A stretch of 64,000 bases of DNA, from the IMG/VR virus record IMGVR_UViG_3300035170_000083, positions 1,736 through 65,735 of that record; one strand, 5' to 3'. Source of the DNA: a virus (taxonomy: Duplodnaviria > Caudoviricetes). Below are positions 35,517-44,788 of the stretch, in pieces. The notes below the pieces were generated by a model. The model did not search any database. It saw only the letters and a list, made by a program, of their open reading frames with translations, and was not told where the DNA came from. Numbering within the stretch: position 1 is the stretch's first letter; every line of letters begins with the position of its first letter. The translations under genes were made by a program, and so were the position numbers.

Positions 35517-36043
35517 CACGCTTCGCCCTTGATGACCGTCAGGTGGTTCCCTTGCTGCGCGCGTTGCGTATGCTGGACGTCTTCGTCGAGGAGCATCCGC
35601 AGCTGTTCGATGTGCGCCTTGCCGACGACAACCTGCATCACCCGCACGGAGTTCGCGGCGACCATCGACCCCCACAGCCCGCGCTTCCGGGTCCAGTTCT
35701 GCAGATGGACCAGCAGGCCGTTGGCCCGCTCGAGCAGGTCCACCACGTCCCGCACGAGGCGGGCTCCCTCCCGGTACTCAGGAGCGGAGCCACACATAGG
35801 GCAGGGCAGGGCGTCGTCTTTCACGACCGCCTGGCAATGCCAGCAGGGCCGTCCGTCTGCCACCGCGGCGCTGGCACGGGCCTCGACGGCGGCCCGCACT
35901 TCCTCGAGAGCGGCCACCGCCGCGGGCTCGCTGTTGTTCCGCGCGAGGGCGCTGTCGATGAGCAGCGTCACGGCGTGCCGCTCGAACGCCATCGCGACAC
36001 GGGTGTCGGCATGCTTGTCGGCGGTCTTGACGGTTCCACTCAC
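35516..36043 (-). CDS. Hypothetical protein with a Zn ribbon
   Basis: CWHC...CPMC; SD GGAGG before a GTG start. Confidence 0.55.
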   Translation of the reverse strand: MSGTVKTADKHADTRVAMAFERHAVTLLIDSALARNNSEPAAVAALEEVRAAVEARASAAVADGRPCWHCQAVVKDDALPCPMCGSAPEYREGARLVRDVVDLLERANGLLVHLQNWTRKRGLWGSMVAANSVRVMQVVVGKAHIEQLRMLLDEDVQHTQRAQQGNHLTVIKGEA

Positions 36044-36054
36044 GATGAGGCCTC

Positions 36055-36231
36055 CTACTTCCCGAACGCCCACAGGGCGTCCAACTCGACGTCGGCGGCG
36101 CAGTCGCAGCCGTCGCTCTCGCCCTCCAGAACGGGCGTCCGCAGAGGGCCCTCAATCACCTCCGCGCAAACGTCCGAGCAGTAGTCCTCGTCGGTGAGCT
36201 TGCGGCAGTCGGGATTCGAGCACTCGAACAT
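36055..36231 (-). CDS. 58-aa Cys-rich protein, first gene of the PL operon
   Basis: MFECSNPDCRKLTDEDYCSDVC...; SD GGAGGG. Confidence 0.55.
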   Translation of the reverse strand: MFECSNPDCRKLTDEDYCSDVCAEVIEGPLRTPVLEGESDGCDCAADVELDALWAFGK

Positions 36232-36290
36232 CCGTCCCTCCCTCGCGCCCGACGCGTCCTGAGAAGGAAGTGCGTCGGGACGAATGCGAG

Positions 36291-36339
36291 AGTAGCAGTT
36301 TGCTACTTTCGGTCAAGCAGAAAGTAGCGAAATGCTACT
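36291..36339 (-). promoter_or_regulatory. PL promoter with operators OL1 and OL2
   Basis: AGTAGCAGTTTGCTACT (36291-36307) and AGTAGCGAAATGCTACT (36323-36339); minus-strand TTGACC-N16-TACTCT straddles OL1. Confidence 0.85.
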
Positions 36340-36446
36340 CACGTTATGAGCGCAGAAGCGTGAGGCCGCGCACTCGCGTGCGGCGTTATGTCGCATGGAC
36401 GTAAGGGCCCGATTTGCGCTAGAGATTCAGCGACAGGGAGGAGGAC

Positions 36447-36860
36447 ATGCAGTTATTGCTCATCATCCCGGACGGTGATGTTCGCGAGGCCCTACGCGTC
36501 CGACTTGGCGAAGGCAACATCCTCCGGGCAGGCGACTACAACTATGGCGTCGTACTCGCGGAGCAAAGCTGCCCGACGGAGATCGTGCTCTGGTCACCGA
36601 GGGGTCCGAACGCCCATGCAGTCGACGCACTGAGGCGGCTTCAGCGACTGCACCGCGGCGCGCGCTACATCGTGATGACGCCCGAGGTTACGAAGGCAGG
36701 AGTGGCGGTCTTCTGCGACCACTTCGATGTCGAGGCCTACGTCGTCGACACCAACATCGAGCTGGTGGCCAACAAGATCTTGGGTGTTCCCGAAATCGTC
36801 GAAGGGGGCCGCCCTCCGCCTAGGTTTCGCTCGAACGGCTCTTCGTTCCCGCGGAACTAG
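36447..36860 (+). CDS. Degenerate receiver (REC)-like protein
   Basis: Beta/alpha pattern 'LLLIIPDGDVREALRVRL...IVLWS...AVDALRRL...RYIVMT...EAYVV'; SD GGAGG; no phospho-acceptor Asp. Confidence 0.55.
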   Translation: MQLLLIIPDGDVREALRVRLGEGNILRAGDYNYGVVLAEQSCPTEIVLWSPRGPNAHAVDALRRLQRLHRGARYIVMTPEVTKAGVAVFCDHFDVEAYVVDTNIELVANKILGVPEIVEGGRPPPRFRSNGSSFPRN

Positions 36861-37311
36861 ATGGCCGCCGCTGCGCCGGCGACTTCTTCACTAAGCTACC
36901 GTCGGGGTCCACGGCTTCGTATCCCGTCGACTTCGGCTTGGCGCCCAGCGGCGGAAGAGGCAGCTCGCCGCGTTCATCGAGCCCATCGTAGAGGGCCTTC
37001 ACTTCGTTAAGTAGCATCCGCAAGCTGAGCTTATTGAAGGTCTTTGCGAGCGCCATCAGGTTCTCGGTGCTCATGGACTGGCGTCCGTTCTCCATGTGCA
37101 CGATGGAGATACGGTTGATGCCGCTCTCGGTCGCCAGCTCGGTCTGATTCCAGCCCTCGCCTTTTCTCCGACGAATCATCCACTCGATCAGTAGACGACT
37201 GAAGTCGTCCAGCGGCCCCTGCCGGCGCTGGGTCTTCCCCTTCTTCCGTGGCTCCGAGGCGGACAACGGGTCTCCTGTCGTCCACGGTACCAGCGAAGTA
37301 GCAAATTGCAT
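36820..37311 (-). CDS. XRE-family CI-like repressor (true start possibly TTG at 37266)
   Basis: 'RRKGEGWNQTELATESGINRISIVHMENGRQSMSTENLMALAKTF'; divergent from cro; no S24 peptidase domain. Confidence 0.85.
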   Translation of the reverse strand: MQFATSLVPWTTGDPLSASEPRKKGKTQRRQGPLDDFSRLLIEWMIRRRKGEGWNQTELATESGINRISIVHMENGRQSMSTENLMALAKTFNKLSLRMLLNEVKALYDGLDERGELPLPPLGAKPKSTGYEAVDPDGSLVKKSPAQRRPSSSAGTKSRSSET

Positions 37312-37375
37312 CTAATTCCCCGTGGTTGTAGCGACACGTAACAACGATGCTTGACACAAGTAGCGGAATGCTACA
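37297..37375. promoter_or_regulatory. OR operators and PR promoter
   Basis: AGTAGCGGAATGCTACA (37359-37375), degenerate TGTAGCGACACGTAACA (37327-37343, the same 32-bp spacing as OL) and AGTAGCAAATTGCATCT (37297-37313); TTGACA at 37351. Confidence 0.85.
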
Positions 37376-37389
37376 AAGCTGACTTCAGA

Positions 37390-37692
37390 ATGCACCCTCT
37401 CGACCGTTACTTCGAAGCGACGGGTGTGGGCCCCGAGGACCTCATTGGGAGGATGAAAAAGCGCGGGCATCGACCGACTACGGTCGAGTACCTGCGCATG
37501 TTGCGTGGCGGATGGAGGCATCCGTCGCGCAAGCTGGCTCGCTCGATCTCGGCGACCACCGATGGTCAGGTCTCGGTGGCCGAATTGCTGGAATACGAGC
37601 GCCCGCCCAGCGAGGCCTCGCCGCGCAAAGCTTCGCGGCGCAAAGCTTCGCGCAAACGTCGTTCTGCGCAGGTCCGGAAAAAGGCCTCGTGA
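37390..37692 (+). CDS. Cro-like protein
   Basis: 'YLRMLRGGWRHPSRKLARSISATTDGQVSVAELL' with a basic tail. Confidence 0.85.
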   Translation: MHPLDRYFEATGVGPEDLIGRMKKRGHRPTTVEYLRMLRGGWRHPSRKLARSISATTDGQVSVAELLEYERPPSEASPRKASRRKASRKRRSAQVRKKAS

Positions 37693-37786
37693 TGTACCCG
37701 CGCGCTCCATTCAGCGTCCCCGCGTCCCGCGGCGGCGCGTCTGCCATCCCCTCCACGCCAACCACCTACGAAGGAATCTGACGTCC

Positions 37787-38341
37787 ATGTCGAATCGCAT
37801 GAACGCAAAGCTGCGCCCGGAGGGGTTGTTAAGAGCAGGGCAAGACGGTAGCCCCGCTGTTAACCCGCAGGTCGATCTTCCAATCGGCGAGGTCGCGGCA
37901 GAGCGCGCAAAGCGGCGTGAGGCCGTGACTTATGAGCGGAACGCCGTCGTTGCTAAGTGGCTCGATGCGGCGCTCGACAGCCACCCCAAGGCTGGGTCGG
38001 TGGCGGCCGAGTGCGGCATCTCGGAGGCGTATCTCTCGCAGATGCGCGGCGGGGAGCGAACGATCCCGGCGCATCTTTTGTTGTCGCTTCTGGACTGGAC
38101 GCCTTCGGCGCAGGTGCTGCTGGCGAGCATGGCCACTCACAATGGCAAACTCACCGTGCAGCCGCTCCGCAAGGTCGATCCCGAGTTCGCGCGCAGGCGA
38201 TACATCGAGCGCGCCCGCAAGGTGGCCATCATCCATGCGGCGCTACGGGCCGAAGTCGCCGCCGACTGCGGCACGACCGAGGAAGAAATCGACTGGGCTA
38301 TCGAGGATACAGCGGTGCGCCAGGCGGGAGGCGGTCGGTGA
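37787..38341 (+). CDS. CII-like HTH regulator
   Basis: 'SVAAECGISEAYLSQMRGGER'; positioned after cro. Confidence 0.65.
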   Translation: MSNRMNAKLRPEGLLRAGQDGSPAVNPQVDLPIGEVAAERAKRREAVTYERNAVVAKWLDAALDSHPKAGSVAAECGISEAYLSQMRGGERTIPAHLLLSLLDWTPSAQVLLASMATHNGKLTVQPLRKVDPEFARRRYIERARKVAIIHAALRAEVAADCGTTEEEIDWAIEDTAVRQAGGGR

Positions 38342-38991
38342 ATCCCGTCGTCTACTTCATCCAGTCGGGAGATGGGCACATCAAGATCGGCTTCTCCCGC
38401 AACGTGGCTTCGCGGATGCAGGCGCTGCAGGTCAGTCACCCGACGCCGCTGACGCTCATCGGGGCCTGCCCTGGGTCGTTCGAGCTCGAGGGGCTGCTGC
38501 ACTCGCATTTTGCTCCTCTTCGGGAAGAGGGCGAGTGGTTCAAGTCTCATCCAGCGCTGCTTGAGATGATGACTCGGCTTCGGCGCGACCCTGGTTATCT
38601 GTTTCGACTCGCGAACGCGCTGAAGAAGGCGAGCGAGGCAGCCGACATCATCTTCGGCGAGCATTACGACGAATGCCTTTGGAACGTCGCCAAGCGTTCA
38701 ATCGAAATGTTCGGGGGCGCCGACCGAATCGAGGCCGAACTCGGAATACCTCGTCACCGCGCGCTCGACATTGAGCATCTTCCGCTACGCATCCTTGTCG
38801 GCATCTGCCGACGCGATCCGCAGGCGGCGAGGTTCTTCGCAACGGCGCTCGCGCTGCTCGAGAACGCCCGCGAGCAGCTGCGGTCGATAGCACTCGCCGA
38901 GACCGCGCGCTTTCGCCGCCAGCTCGAGCTCGATTACCAGCTCGGGCCTGGCCAGTTGGACTCCGAGTTCGAAATCCGAAAGGTGCTGTAG
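38338..38991 (+). CDS. GIY-YIG (T5orf172-type) nuclease domain protein
   Basis: 'VYFIQ...IKIGFSRNVASRMQALQ...E..LH..F....GEWF'. Confidence 0.85.
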   Translation: MNPVVYFIQSGDGHIKIGFSRNVASRMQALQVSHPTPLTLIGACPGSFELEGLLHSHFAPLREEGEWFKSHPALLEMMTRLRRDPGYLFRLANALKKASEAADIIFGEHYDECLWNVAKRSIEMFGGADRIEAELGIPRHRALDIEHLPLRILVGICRRDPQAARFFATALALLENAREQLRSIALAETARFRRQLELDYQLGPGQLDSEFEIRKVL

Positions 38992-39041
38992 CAGGTCCGC
39001 GCCGGGCTGGCCGGCGCTTGCACGGAAGCACGGAGGTCGAC

Positions 39042-39443
39042 GTGAGCGTTCACAGGGGAACGTCGAATAGCAACGTGCGCGGGAACGTCTTCGACCGCCG
39101 GCGGTTGCGGGCCTGGATGATCGAAGAGTTCGGCATCCCGCGGAAGAAGGACGGAAAGAAGACGCGGATTCGGTGCAGCCACTGCCCGCGGGTCATGCGC
39201 GCGGCGGCCGAGTGGCGCTGGATTGCAGGCCGCGACGGCATGAAAGTCCGCGCTCGCGTCCACTCGTGGGAGATCGACCGCATCCCGGTCTGCGGCCACG
39301 ACGGCGGCCGCTACTTGCGCACGAATGTCGCCCCCGCGTGCCGGGACTGCAACCAGGCCCGTTGCACGGTGACGAAGAAGTGCCGCGCTGGCGCCCCGAC
39401 GAACAAGTGGAAGGCGCGCAAGACAGCGCGCCACGCCGCGTAG
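39042..39443 (+). CDS. HNH-like endonuclease
   Basis: 'CSHC...EIDRIPVCGHDGGRY...NVAPACRDCN'. Confidence 0.75.
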   Translation: MSVHRGTSNSNVRGNVFDRRRLRAWMIEEFGIPRKKDGKKTRIRCSHCPRVMRAAAEWRWIAGRDGMKVRARVHSWEIDRIPVCGHDGGRYLRTNVAPACRDCNQARCTVTKKCRAGAPTNKWKARKTARHAA

Positions 39444-39460
39444 GCGGCGAGAGGAGATTC

Positions 39461-40345
39461 ATGGGTAAGCACTTTCGACCGGAGGGGTTCCTTGCGCGCG
39501 GCGGTGACGTGCCGCTCGTGCGCCCGCACGACGTCCTCATCGTGGGCTTCGACGTCGCCGAGAGCGATGAACTCTGGTACGCGCGCTGCCCGCGCGCCGC
39601 CGAGATGCCCGACACCGACTTCGTGCAGTCGATCCGCGGTCCCAACAAGGTCGAGCAGCCGGTCGCGGTCTTCCGCGATGGCGAGCGCATCCTGGCCCTC
39701 GCCGGGCGGCGCCGCATCAAGGCTGCGCGCCTGGTGTGGGACGAGCAGGACGCGGCTCGCGTGCCAGAGGAAGAGCGCGTCGAGCTGCGCTACATCCTCC
39801 ACGCCGGTACCCCCGAAGAGCTGTACGCCATCAACGTCCGGGAGAACAACGCCCGGAAGGACCTGACGCCGATGCAGCGCGCGGATGGCTGGCGCGCGGT
39901 GTCCGACCGGCTCGGCGTGGCCCGGGTCGCGGCGCTCAACGGGGTGAGCGAGAAGACGGTGCGCGACGCGCTGGCCATCTTCGAGTGCGCACCGAAGGTC
40001 CAACGCGCCTTCGAGGACGGCAAGCTCGCCGCCGCCCTGGCGCCGAAGTTCGCCGGCCTCCCTCGGACCGAGCAGGCCGCGTTGTTTGACGAGATGGTGG
40101 CGAAGGGAGCCACAAAGGGGAGGGCGGCGAAGAAGGCCATCGAGGAGAAGAAGAAGGGCAACGAGGTCCAGGCGCCGCGCCGCATGCGTCCGCGCGCCGT
40201 GGTCGAGCGCCTGCGTGAAGCGCTGATGTCGAACCGGGACGCCACCTGCATCCTCGACTTCGTCCTGGGCGAGGACATGGTGGAGCACATCCCGTCGCTC
40301 CACGCGGCCGCCCAGAAGGCGCTCGGCCAGGAGACTCAGTCGTGA
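39461..40345 (+). CDS. ParB/Spo0J-like protein
   Basis: 'VEQPV...LAGRRRIKAA...EN..RKDLTPMQRA' followed by an HTH. Confidence 0.85.
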   Translation: MGKHFRPEGFLARGGDVPLVRPHDVLIVGFDVAESDELWYARCPRAAEMPDTDFVQSIRGPNKVEQPVAVFRDGERILALAGRRRIKAARLVWDEQDAARVPEEERVELRYILHAGTPEELYAINVRENNARKDLTPMQRADGWRAVSDRLGVARVAALNGVSEKTVRDALAIFECAPKVQRAFEDGKLAAALAPKFAGLPRTEQAALFDEMVAKGATKGRAAKKAIEEKKKGNEVQAPRRMRPRAVVERLREALMSNRDATCILDFVLGEDMVEHIPSLHAAAQKALGQETQS

Positions 40346-40611
40346 AGGCCGCCGCCGCACGAAGGAAGCGCCGCGGCCGTGCGGCGGCAGCCAAGCACCA
40401 AGGGAAGTCCCGCTTCAGGTCTGAAGACTTCCTGAAGCGGTGGCTCGTTGAATTGAAGCGGTTCGGCGAGCCACATGCTGTTGCCATCGTGGCTTTCGTG
40501 TTGGGGGACGACGCCGCGATCAAGCCCTACCCGTTCCTCTGCTGGGCCGCGAAAGACGCCGCGGGCATGAGCGTGGGCAACACGGACCTGCTCGAGGACG
40601 ACTCGCGATGA
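40342..40611 (+). CDS. Hypothetical protein
   Basis: Coupled ORF; 'AFVLGDD' resembles the ParB C-terminus 'DFVLGED'. Confidence 0.5.
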   Translation: MKAAAARRKRRGRAAAAKHQGKSRFRSEDFLKRWLVELKRFGEPHAVAIVAFVLGDDAAIKPYPFLCWAAKDAAGMSVGNTDLLEDDSR

Positions 40612-40835
40612 GCGATGCCGAGCAGAAGGTCCTCGACGAGGCCGTGGCCGCGATGAAGGCGGCGGCGGACCATGCGATGGCCTGCGCGCTCCATCTGCAG
40701 TCGGTCGCCATGAACCCGTGGGGTGGCGACGTGGTGCACCAGGCCGAGCGACTGCAGGGCTCGGTCAGGTGGTTCCGCAGCACCGAAGAGAAGCGGCTCG
40801 CCGACTTGGCGGAGCTCGCGAAGGAGGGACGCTGA
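40608..40835 (+). CDS. Hypothetical protein
   Basis: Coupled ORF. Confidence 0.5.
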   Translation: MSDAEQKVLDEAVAAMKAAADHAMACALHLQSVAMNPWGGDVVHQAERLQGSVRWFRSTEEKRLADLAELAKEGR

Positions 40836-41041
40836 TGCCTGGTACGATTCACGACGTCGAGACCTTCACGGGGACCTGCCTCGATTGCGGGAAGCCCATC
40901 GCCGCCGGCAGGCGCTGCGCTCCGTGCGGCGTCAAGCGGCTTGAGACCCCGCCGGATTTCAAGTGGCGCGACGACCATGGCCCGGCGTGCTGCTGCATGT
41001 CGTGCGTCCTCGAGCGCGCGAAGGTCCGCAATGGCGGGTAG
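40835..41041 (+). CDS. Small Zn-finger protein
   Basis: CLDC...CAPC...CCCMSC. Confidence 0.5.
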   Translation: MPGTIHDVETFTGTCLDCGKPIAAGRRCAPCGVKRLETPPDFKWRDDHGPACCCMSCVLERAKVRNGG

Positions 41042-41411
41042 CCCCATCATGAAGGACGGCGAGCTGCTGTCGTCCGTTTACACCGAGTGGGTCCGCTCGC
41101 AGCCTTGCTCGAGCTGCAGCAGGGCGGGGCGGAGCGAGCAGAACCATGCGCCGACGCGCGGCGCGAACGGCTGCATCAACGACCTACGCTCGCACCCGGC
41201 GTGCCGGCGCTGCCACATCCGTTGCACCGGCGGGACCCTGTTCGAGGGCGGGAAGAGGCTGGGGCCGATCTCGCTCGACCAGCAAGAGCACTGGGTGCGC
41301 GAGACGTTCTTCGGCTTCCTGGGCCGCGCGCCGTGGAGAGATGTCGAGCGCGTGCTCGCCGACGTCCGCGTGTGGCGCGAAAACCGCGTCTACGTGGAAA
41401 TTCCGTCGTGA
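41031..41411 (+). CDS. DUF968/HNH-like nuclease
   Basis: 'YTEWVRSQPCSSC...NH...D....PACRRCH'. Confidence 0.65.
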   Translation: MAGSPIMKDGELLSSVYTEWVRSQPCSSCSRAGRSEQNHAPTRGANGCINDLRSHPACRRCHIRCTGGTLFEGGKRLGPISLDQQEHWVRETFFGFLGRAPWRDVERVLADVRVWRENRVYVEIPS

Positions 41412-41424
41412 AAGCGGCGCGCCG

Positions 41425-41832
41425 ATGAAGACGGGCCTCAGCATCACGGCGTGGTCTCCCATTGAGGGGAACGACTTCGACCGCGCCGGCCGCTTCATGC
41501 CGAAGGTCACGCGCGTGCGCATCGAGGCCATCCTGGTGGACGAAAAGAGCGCCGACGCGACCCTGTCATGGCAGCCGCCGCACCCGTTCATCCCGGCCGG
41601 GGTCGGCCAACGCGAGAACCGCCACGACCCGCACGCCGCACGTCTCGTCAGCGCGCGCGACGCGCAGATGAAGGCCGAGCGCGAGCGCGACCTGGCCGTG
41701 GCCGAGCGCGACGAACAGCGCCGGCTCAACGACCAACTCCGTGCGCTCCTGGTCGTCACCAAAGGGCTCCCCGAGCGGTCGAAGGCCTTCCCCGCGGCAA
41801 CCACCCGTTTCAGCTGGCTCGAGGTCGATTGA
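41425..41832 (+). CDS. Hypothetical protein
   Basis: Coiled coil; ends 'TTRFSWLEVD'. Confidence 0.5.
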   Translation: MKTGLSITAWSPIEGNDFDRAGRFMPKVTRVRIEAILVDEKSADATLSWQPPHPFIPAGVGQRENRHDPHAARLVSARDAQMKAERERDLAVAERDEQRRLNDQLRALLVVTKGLPERSKAFPAATTRFSWLEVD

Positions 41833-42773
41833 TGGCCCGCCACCGCAAGATCGACGTGCGCATGCGCTCGGACGAGAAGTTCCGCGCGCTCTCCGCACCG
41901 CCGCCGAACGGCCAGGACTGCTGGATCTACCTCCTGACCAACCGCTACACGACCAGCGTCCCCGGCGTGTACGCCGCCTTCGAAGAGACTTTGGCGAGGG
42001 ACCTCGGATGGCCCCTCGAAGGGTTCCGCAAAGCCTTCGCCGAAGTCTCGTCGAAGGGTATGGCGAAAGCAGACTGGGGGGTCGGCCTGGTCTTCATTCC
42101 GAAGGCTTTCCAGTACAACCCGCCGGAGAACCCGAACGTCGTCAAAAGCTGGCGCTCGCACTGGGACGAGTTGCCCGAGTGCCCGCTGAAAACAGAAGCA
42201 AATTCGCATCTAAAAGCCTCTGTCGAAGGCATGGGGAAAGGCTTTCGCGAAGCTTTCGCGAAGGTTATGCCAAAACAGGAGCAGGAACAGGAGCAGGAGC
42301 AGGAACCTTTCGAGAGAGAGGACGCGCGCGGGGGCGAAGCCCTGGATGGGCAAGAGGAACGCGAGGTCCTGCCCCTGCAGCTGCTGCCGCGTGTGACCGG
42401 GAATCAGCTGCTCAAGGCCTGGCACGACGCCGGCTTCGTCGGCCTCCCGAAGTTCGCCGAGCTGGAGCTGGCGTTGAACGCCCTGCCCGAGGCGCATCGG
42501 CCGCCGGGGGCTCTGGCCGGGGCCTTCTGTGCGGCGGCGGCGAAGTACGCGGCGGCTTACCTCGAGCACAAGCACGCCAAGATTCCGGCGACGCCTGAGA
42601 CCTTCGCGTCGGGCAAGCACTTCGGGAACATCGTCGAGGTCATGCTGGGGCGCTTCGACGTGGCGAAGCTCGCGGGCGATCGCGCTCCTCCTCGCCCGGC
42701 TGACGGCCGGCGCGGCGGTCAAATCCCCGTCGTCACCGACGTGGGACGCAACTGGAAGGGGGGCGCCAAGTGA
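41832..42773 (+). CDS. Phage replication initiator
   Basis: 'RKIDVRMRSDEKFRALS...IYLLT...PGVY...YNPPENPNVVKSW' with a QEQEQEQEQE linker; precedes the loader. Confidence 0.8.
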   Translation: MARHRKIDVRMRSDEKFRALSAPPPNGQDCWIYLLTNRYTTSVPGVYAAFEETLARDLGWPLEGFRKAFAEVSSKGMAKADWGVGLVFIPKAFQYNPPENPNVVKSWRSHWDELPECPLKTEANSHLKASVEGMGKGFREAFAKVMPKQEQEQEQEQEPFEREDARGGEALDGQEEREVLPLQLLPRVTGNQLLKAWHDAGFVGLPKFAELELALNALPEAHRPPGALAGAFCAAAAKYAAAYLEHKHAKIPATPETFASGKHFGNIVEVMLGRFDVAKLAGDRAPPRPADGRRGGQIPVVTDVGRNWKGGAK

Positions 42774-43792
42774 CCGACGGCGACTTCCCGCTCCCGCCGC
42801 GGACGCCCGAGCAGATCGCCGCCGACCGCGCGCGACTCGAGCGCGAGACCGCCGCCGAGCGCCAGCGCTGGGAGGCGCGGGGCGGGTTGCCAATCGTGCT
42901 CAGCCGCAAGCGCGAGCAGGGCGACCTCGACCAGGCGCTGCAGGGCATCATGGCCAAGGCCGAGGACCAGGAGAACCGGCGCCGCGCGCTGCCGTGCTAC
43001 GAGCCGAGCGAGCAGGGCGACGACGACCGCGCCGTGGACGCCTGCGAGGCGGCCCGCGCCTTCGAGGGATGCGAGTGGGCGAAAACCTTCACGGCCTGCC
43101 CACGGCTGCGCGCCCCGGACGTCTACGCGGAGACGGTGAAGCGCCTGAGCGACGGCAAGGTGCTCGACGACTTCAGCGACCGCATCCTGGAAGCCGCGCG
43201 CCGGGTCGACCGCCGGCCGCTGCTCGAGCTCGACTCGCTGCGCCTGGTGCGCGGGGTCCTACCGGACGCGAACGGCCGCCGCCGGCGCTGCCGCGTCGAC
43301 TTCAAGGACGCCGGCGAGGCGATGCCCGACGGGACCTACCACGCCAACCACGCCTTCCTGACGGGGTCGGAGCGCATCGTGGCGCTCATCGGCAACCAGG
43401 GGCGCGGCAAGAGCCTGGCGACCGCCTACGCGATCGCGCGCATCGGCGGGTATTACACGACGGCGCCGCAGTGGACGCGCCGCAACGGCGTCGATTACGA
43501 GCTGGCGCAGGCGGCGGCCGTGCTGGTGGTGGACCAGTTCGGCCGCGAGGACTGGGGCAACGGCGACTGGATGCGGTCGCAGTTCGAGGACGTCATCGAC
43601 CACCGCTACCAGCGACGCCGGCTGACCTTCCTGGTGGCGAACCTCGACCGCGCCACGCTCGACCGGCACGTGGTCGCCGACTTCAACGCGTCGAGCATGG
43701 GCGACCGCCTGAAGGGCGAAGCGGTCGTCGTCGAGTTCGCCGGGGAGAGCATTCGCCAACAGCTGCGCCTCAAGGCGCTGGAGGGAGCATGA
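42770..43792 (+). CDS. DnaC/IstB-like helicase loader
   Basis: Walker A GNQGRGKS, Walker B VLVVDQFGRE, 'VIDHRY...TFLVANL...DRL'. Confidence 0.85.
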   Translation: MTDGDFPLPPRTPEQIAADRARLERETAAERQRWEARGGLPIVLSRKREQGDLDQALQGIMAKAEDQENRRRALPCYEPSEQGDDDRAVDACEAARAFEGCEWAKTFTACPRLRAPDVYAETVKRLSDGKVLDDFSDRILEAARRVDRRPLLELDSLRLVRGVLPDANGRRRRCRVDFKDAGEAMPDGTYHANHAFLTGSERIVALIGNQGRGKSLATAYAIARIGGYYTTAPQWTRRNGVDYELAQAAAVLVVDQFGREDWGNGDWMRSQFEDVIDHRYQRRRLTFLVANLDRATLDRHVVADFNASSMGDRLKGEAVVVEFAGESIRQQLRLKALEGA

Positions 43793-44064
43793 GCCAGAGG
43801 AATCCGATTCTGTTCGCTGAACTGAAAGCCCGCCTCGACCAGATGACGCCAGAGCAGCTGGCCATGCCGGTCTACTGGGTCGGCGAGGACCGGGGCGCGC
43901 CCATCGTCGGGCTCGAGATGCTCAACGAGGATCATATCAATCCGAGCGGCGACGGGATGGAGCCTTTGAGCGCCTACGCCGACGACGAGGACTTCGAAGC
44001 GATAAAGGCAGAGCAACCGGTCGTCGCGCGCAAGGGCCAGTTGTTGTTGCTGGTCGACGGTTGA
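43789..44064 (+). CDS. Hypothetical protein
   Basis: Coupled ORF. Confidence 0.55.
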   Translation: MSQRNPILFAELKARLDQMTPEQLAMPVYWVGEDRGAPIVGLEMLNEDHINPSGDGMEPLSAYADDEDFEAIKAEQPVVARKGQLLLLVDG

Positions 44065-44788
44065 AACGGATGAGGCCCATCAAGAAAATCGGCGAGCGCA
44101 AGATCGACCAGCGCCACCTGGATGCCGCGCGGGAGCTGGAGTGGTTCGCCAAGCAGAATCGTTCGTGGGCGCAGTCGTGGCGCAAGGCTTCGAAGAAGGC
44201 GAACGACTACGAGCATGGTCGCAGCGTCGCCTATGCGTTGGTCGCGGGGACCTTGGCGCGACGCGCGCGCGTCATCCGCAACGCGGCCCGCGCCCGAGGG
44301 AGCCGGTGACGGTCCTCGGGATCGCGCGACGCATCGCCTATCCGATGCAGGACGGCCGGCGCGTCGCCAGAGCGGTGGTGTCCGGCCTGGTCGCCTGCGC
44401 CATCTTCGGGCCGGCCGTGCTCGCGCTCGATGCCGCCCAGAGCATCGCCGAGTGGCTGGAGGCGCGCCGTGGGTAAGTTCGTCATCGGCGCACTCGCGGC
44501 GCTCTGCGTGCCAGGGGGGCTCATCGGTGGAGCCGCGGTCGTCGCTGCCCAGTGGTGGCTGGGGCGTGGCGACAACCGCGTGGTCATCGTCCCGCGCACG
44601 CGCACGATGGCGACCCCTCGCGTGATGCTGACGGTGATGCGGTGACGAAGAAGCGCCGCATCGTCCCTTGCTTCAACAAGGAGGGCCGCGTCGACGGCTA
44701 CGTGGTCCATCCCGACGACCGCGATGTGCGCGAGGTGTCGCAGCCTCGGGCCAAGTTCACCGCCAAGAAGAGGAGCAATAAGCGATGA
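44061..44788 (+). CDS. Four small coupled ORFs (44061-44309, 44306-44476, 44469-44645, 44642-44788)
   Basis: Chain of overlapping starts and stops; two encode hydrophobic peptides. Confidence 0.45.
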
